64,000 nt of DNA from the NCBI GenBank assembly GCA_013265495.1, contig MU058781.1:3597050-3661049 (forward strand), in the 5' to 3' direction. Under the pieces are notes generated by a model. That model did not search any database. It had not been told where the DNA came from and saw only the letters and a program-made list of their open reading frames with translations. Source of the DNA: Vicugna vicugna. Lineage: Eukaryota. Shown piece after piece: positions 62,947 through 64,000 of this stretch (position 1 is its first letter; each line of letters begins with the position of its first letter). A program made the translations under genes and the position numbers.

Positions 62947-63322
62947 CAGTGCTTTTCAACTGGGAGCAATTTTGTTCCCCAGGTAGGGTTGCCAGATTTA
63001 CAAATAAATATACAGGGTGCCCAGTTAAATGGGAATTTCAGACAAATAATGCAATATTTGGAACATACTTATACGAACAAATTATTTGTTGTTTATCTGA
63101 AATTCCTATTTAACTGGGCATCCCCTACTTTATCTGGTAAGCTGGCGGTACCCAGGGGATAGTGTTGGCAATGTCTCGAGACATTTTTGGTTGTTACAAC
63201 TCCAGGGGTGGGGAGAGGCCAGGGATGCTGTTAAACGTCCTGCAATGTCCAGGAAAGTTTCCCACCACAAAGATTTATCTGGTCCAAAATGTCAGTGGTG
63301 CCAAGGCTGAAAAATTCTATTC
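62947..63322. mobile_element. MER20 hAT MITE, interrupted by MER53
   Basis: cagtgcttttcaactggg...ttttgttccccagg, then after the insert ttggcaatgtctcgagacatttttggttgt...gaggccagggatgctgttaaac.tcct...atctggtccaaaatgtcagtggtgccaaggctga. Confidence 0.8.
62984..63144. mobile_element. MER53 palindromic MITE
   Basis: tagggttgccagattta...gggtgcccagttaaat..gaatttcagacaaataa, with the inverse ttgtttatctgaaattcctatttaactgggcatcc...atctggtaagct. Confidence 0.8.
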
Positions 63323-64000
63323 TAAGGCAAAGCCTTTTCCTTTCAACTTCTCCAAAGAATAAAACTCCAGACTCCTGCCTAACATTTTGTGCCTGGAGTG
63401 GGGACACATTCATTTATTTTTAAAATCTCAGCATGATCTATTATCCATGTTCACAGCAAAGACTCAAGCATTCTTTCCTCTTAGTTTTCTTCTGTAGCTA
63501 ACAAGCAGCCCAAGGAAGCCCTGGCCAAGATAAGACAGCACTTCTGTTAAGCTCGGGGCATGAAGGCCGGCCTGCCTATGGCCCTGGAGCCTTTTCTTGG
63601 TAAAGCCCAAGTTCAGAGTCAGCAGCACAGAGGAGCCCTGAAGAGCTGGGGGCTGGGGTGGAGGGAGCCTGGCGCATCTCATTCAGGGCTCAAGTTCCAC
63701 CTTCCTGCCTGTCAGGAGCAGGATGGGAGCCACACAGCTGCACTTCTCATGAAGAGATGCTTTCTTTGCAGGCCCAGGGATGGGAGGGGGGCCGGCAGCA
63801 GAAGGTGGGGAGAGTAGGACAAGGCTGTTAATCAAAGGACTTTTAAAAAAACAGGAGAGGAAGGAAGCACCCAGTAGGGAGGGTTCTGCATGTTTTCTGG
63901 TTATGAGATGCGAATAAATTCACGGGAGGTTATTTGAGGATATTTCTCCTAAGCCCTATTCACAGTTGTCCTTGAAATGAATACTGGAACATTAGAATTC

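Noticed and set aside
30300..64000. Exons of a neighbouring upstream gene (SIRT5 is the neighbour in human, from memory)
   Set aside because: No sirtuin-like peptide and no second large CpG island seen in this interval.
1..64000. CRISPR array, prokaryotic operon or novel multi-gene system
   Set aside because: No regularly spaced repeat-spacer array and no gene-dense region; this is ordinary repeat-rich mammalian DNA.

Overview
Mammalian genomic DNA, most likely camelid (alpaca, llama or camel), judged from four copies of a tRNA-derived SINE matching the camelid Vic-1 type. The one clear gene is GFOD1 on the minus strand. Its first coding exon is 28492-28240 (253 nt, phase-1 GTAAGT donor) inside a CpG island of about 2.4 kb. 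Positions 1-28239 are the first 28 kb of intron 1, and the large second exon is outside the window. Positions above about 29.5 kb are upstream intergenic DNA rich in L1, L2, MIR, MaLR/ERV LTRs and DNA-transposon fossils. Almost all other ORF-track entries are chance ORFs. I see no novel multi-gene system. Best leads: (1) an in-frame alternative terminal exon at about 15080-14911 with a NAGNAG acceptor and a downstream AATAAA, giving a truncated GFOD1 isoform; (2) four uORFs in the predicted GFOD1 leader, two in stronger Kozak context than the main ATG; (3) a MER41-like solo LTR about 18 kb upstream with an intact STAT GAS motif. Repeat family names come from recognition by eye, and most repeat boundaries are approximate.
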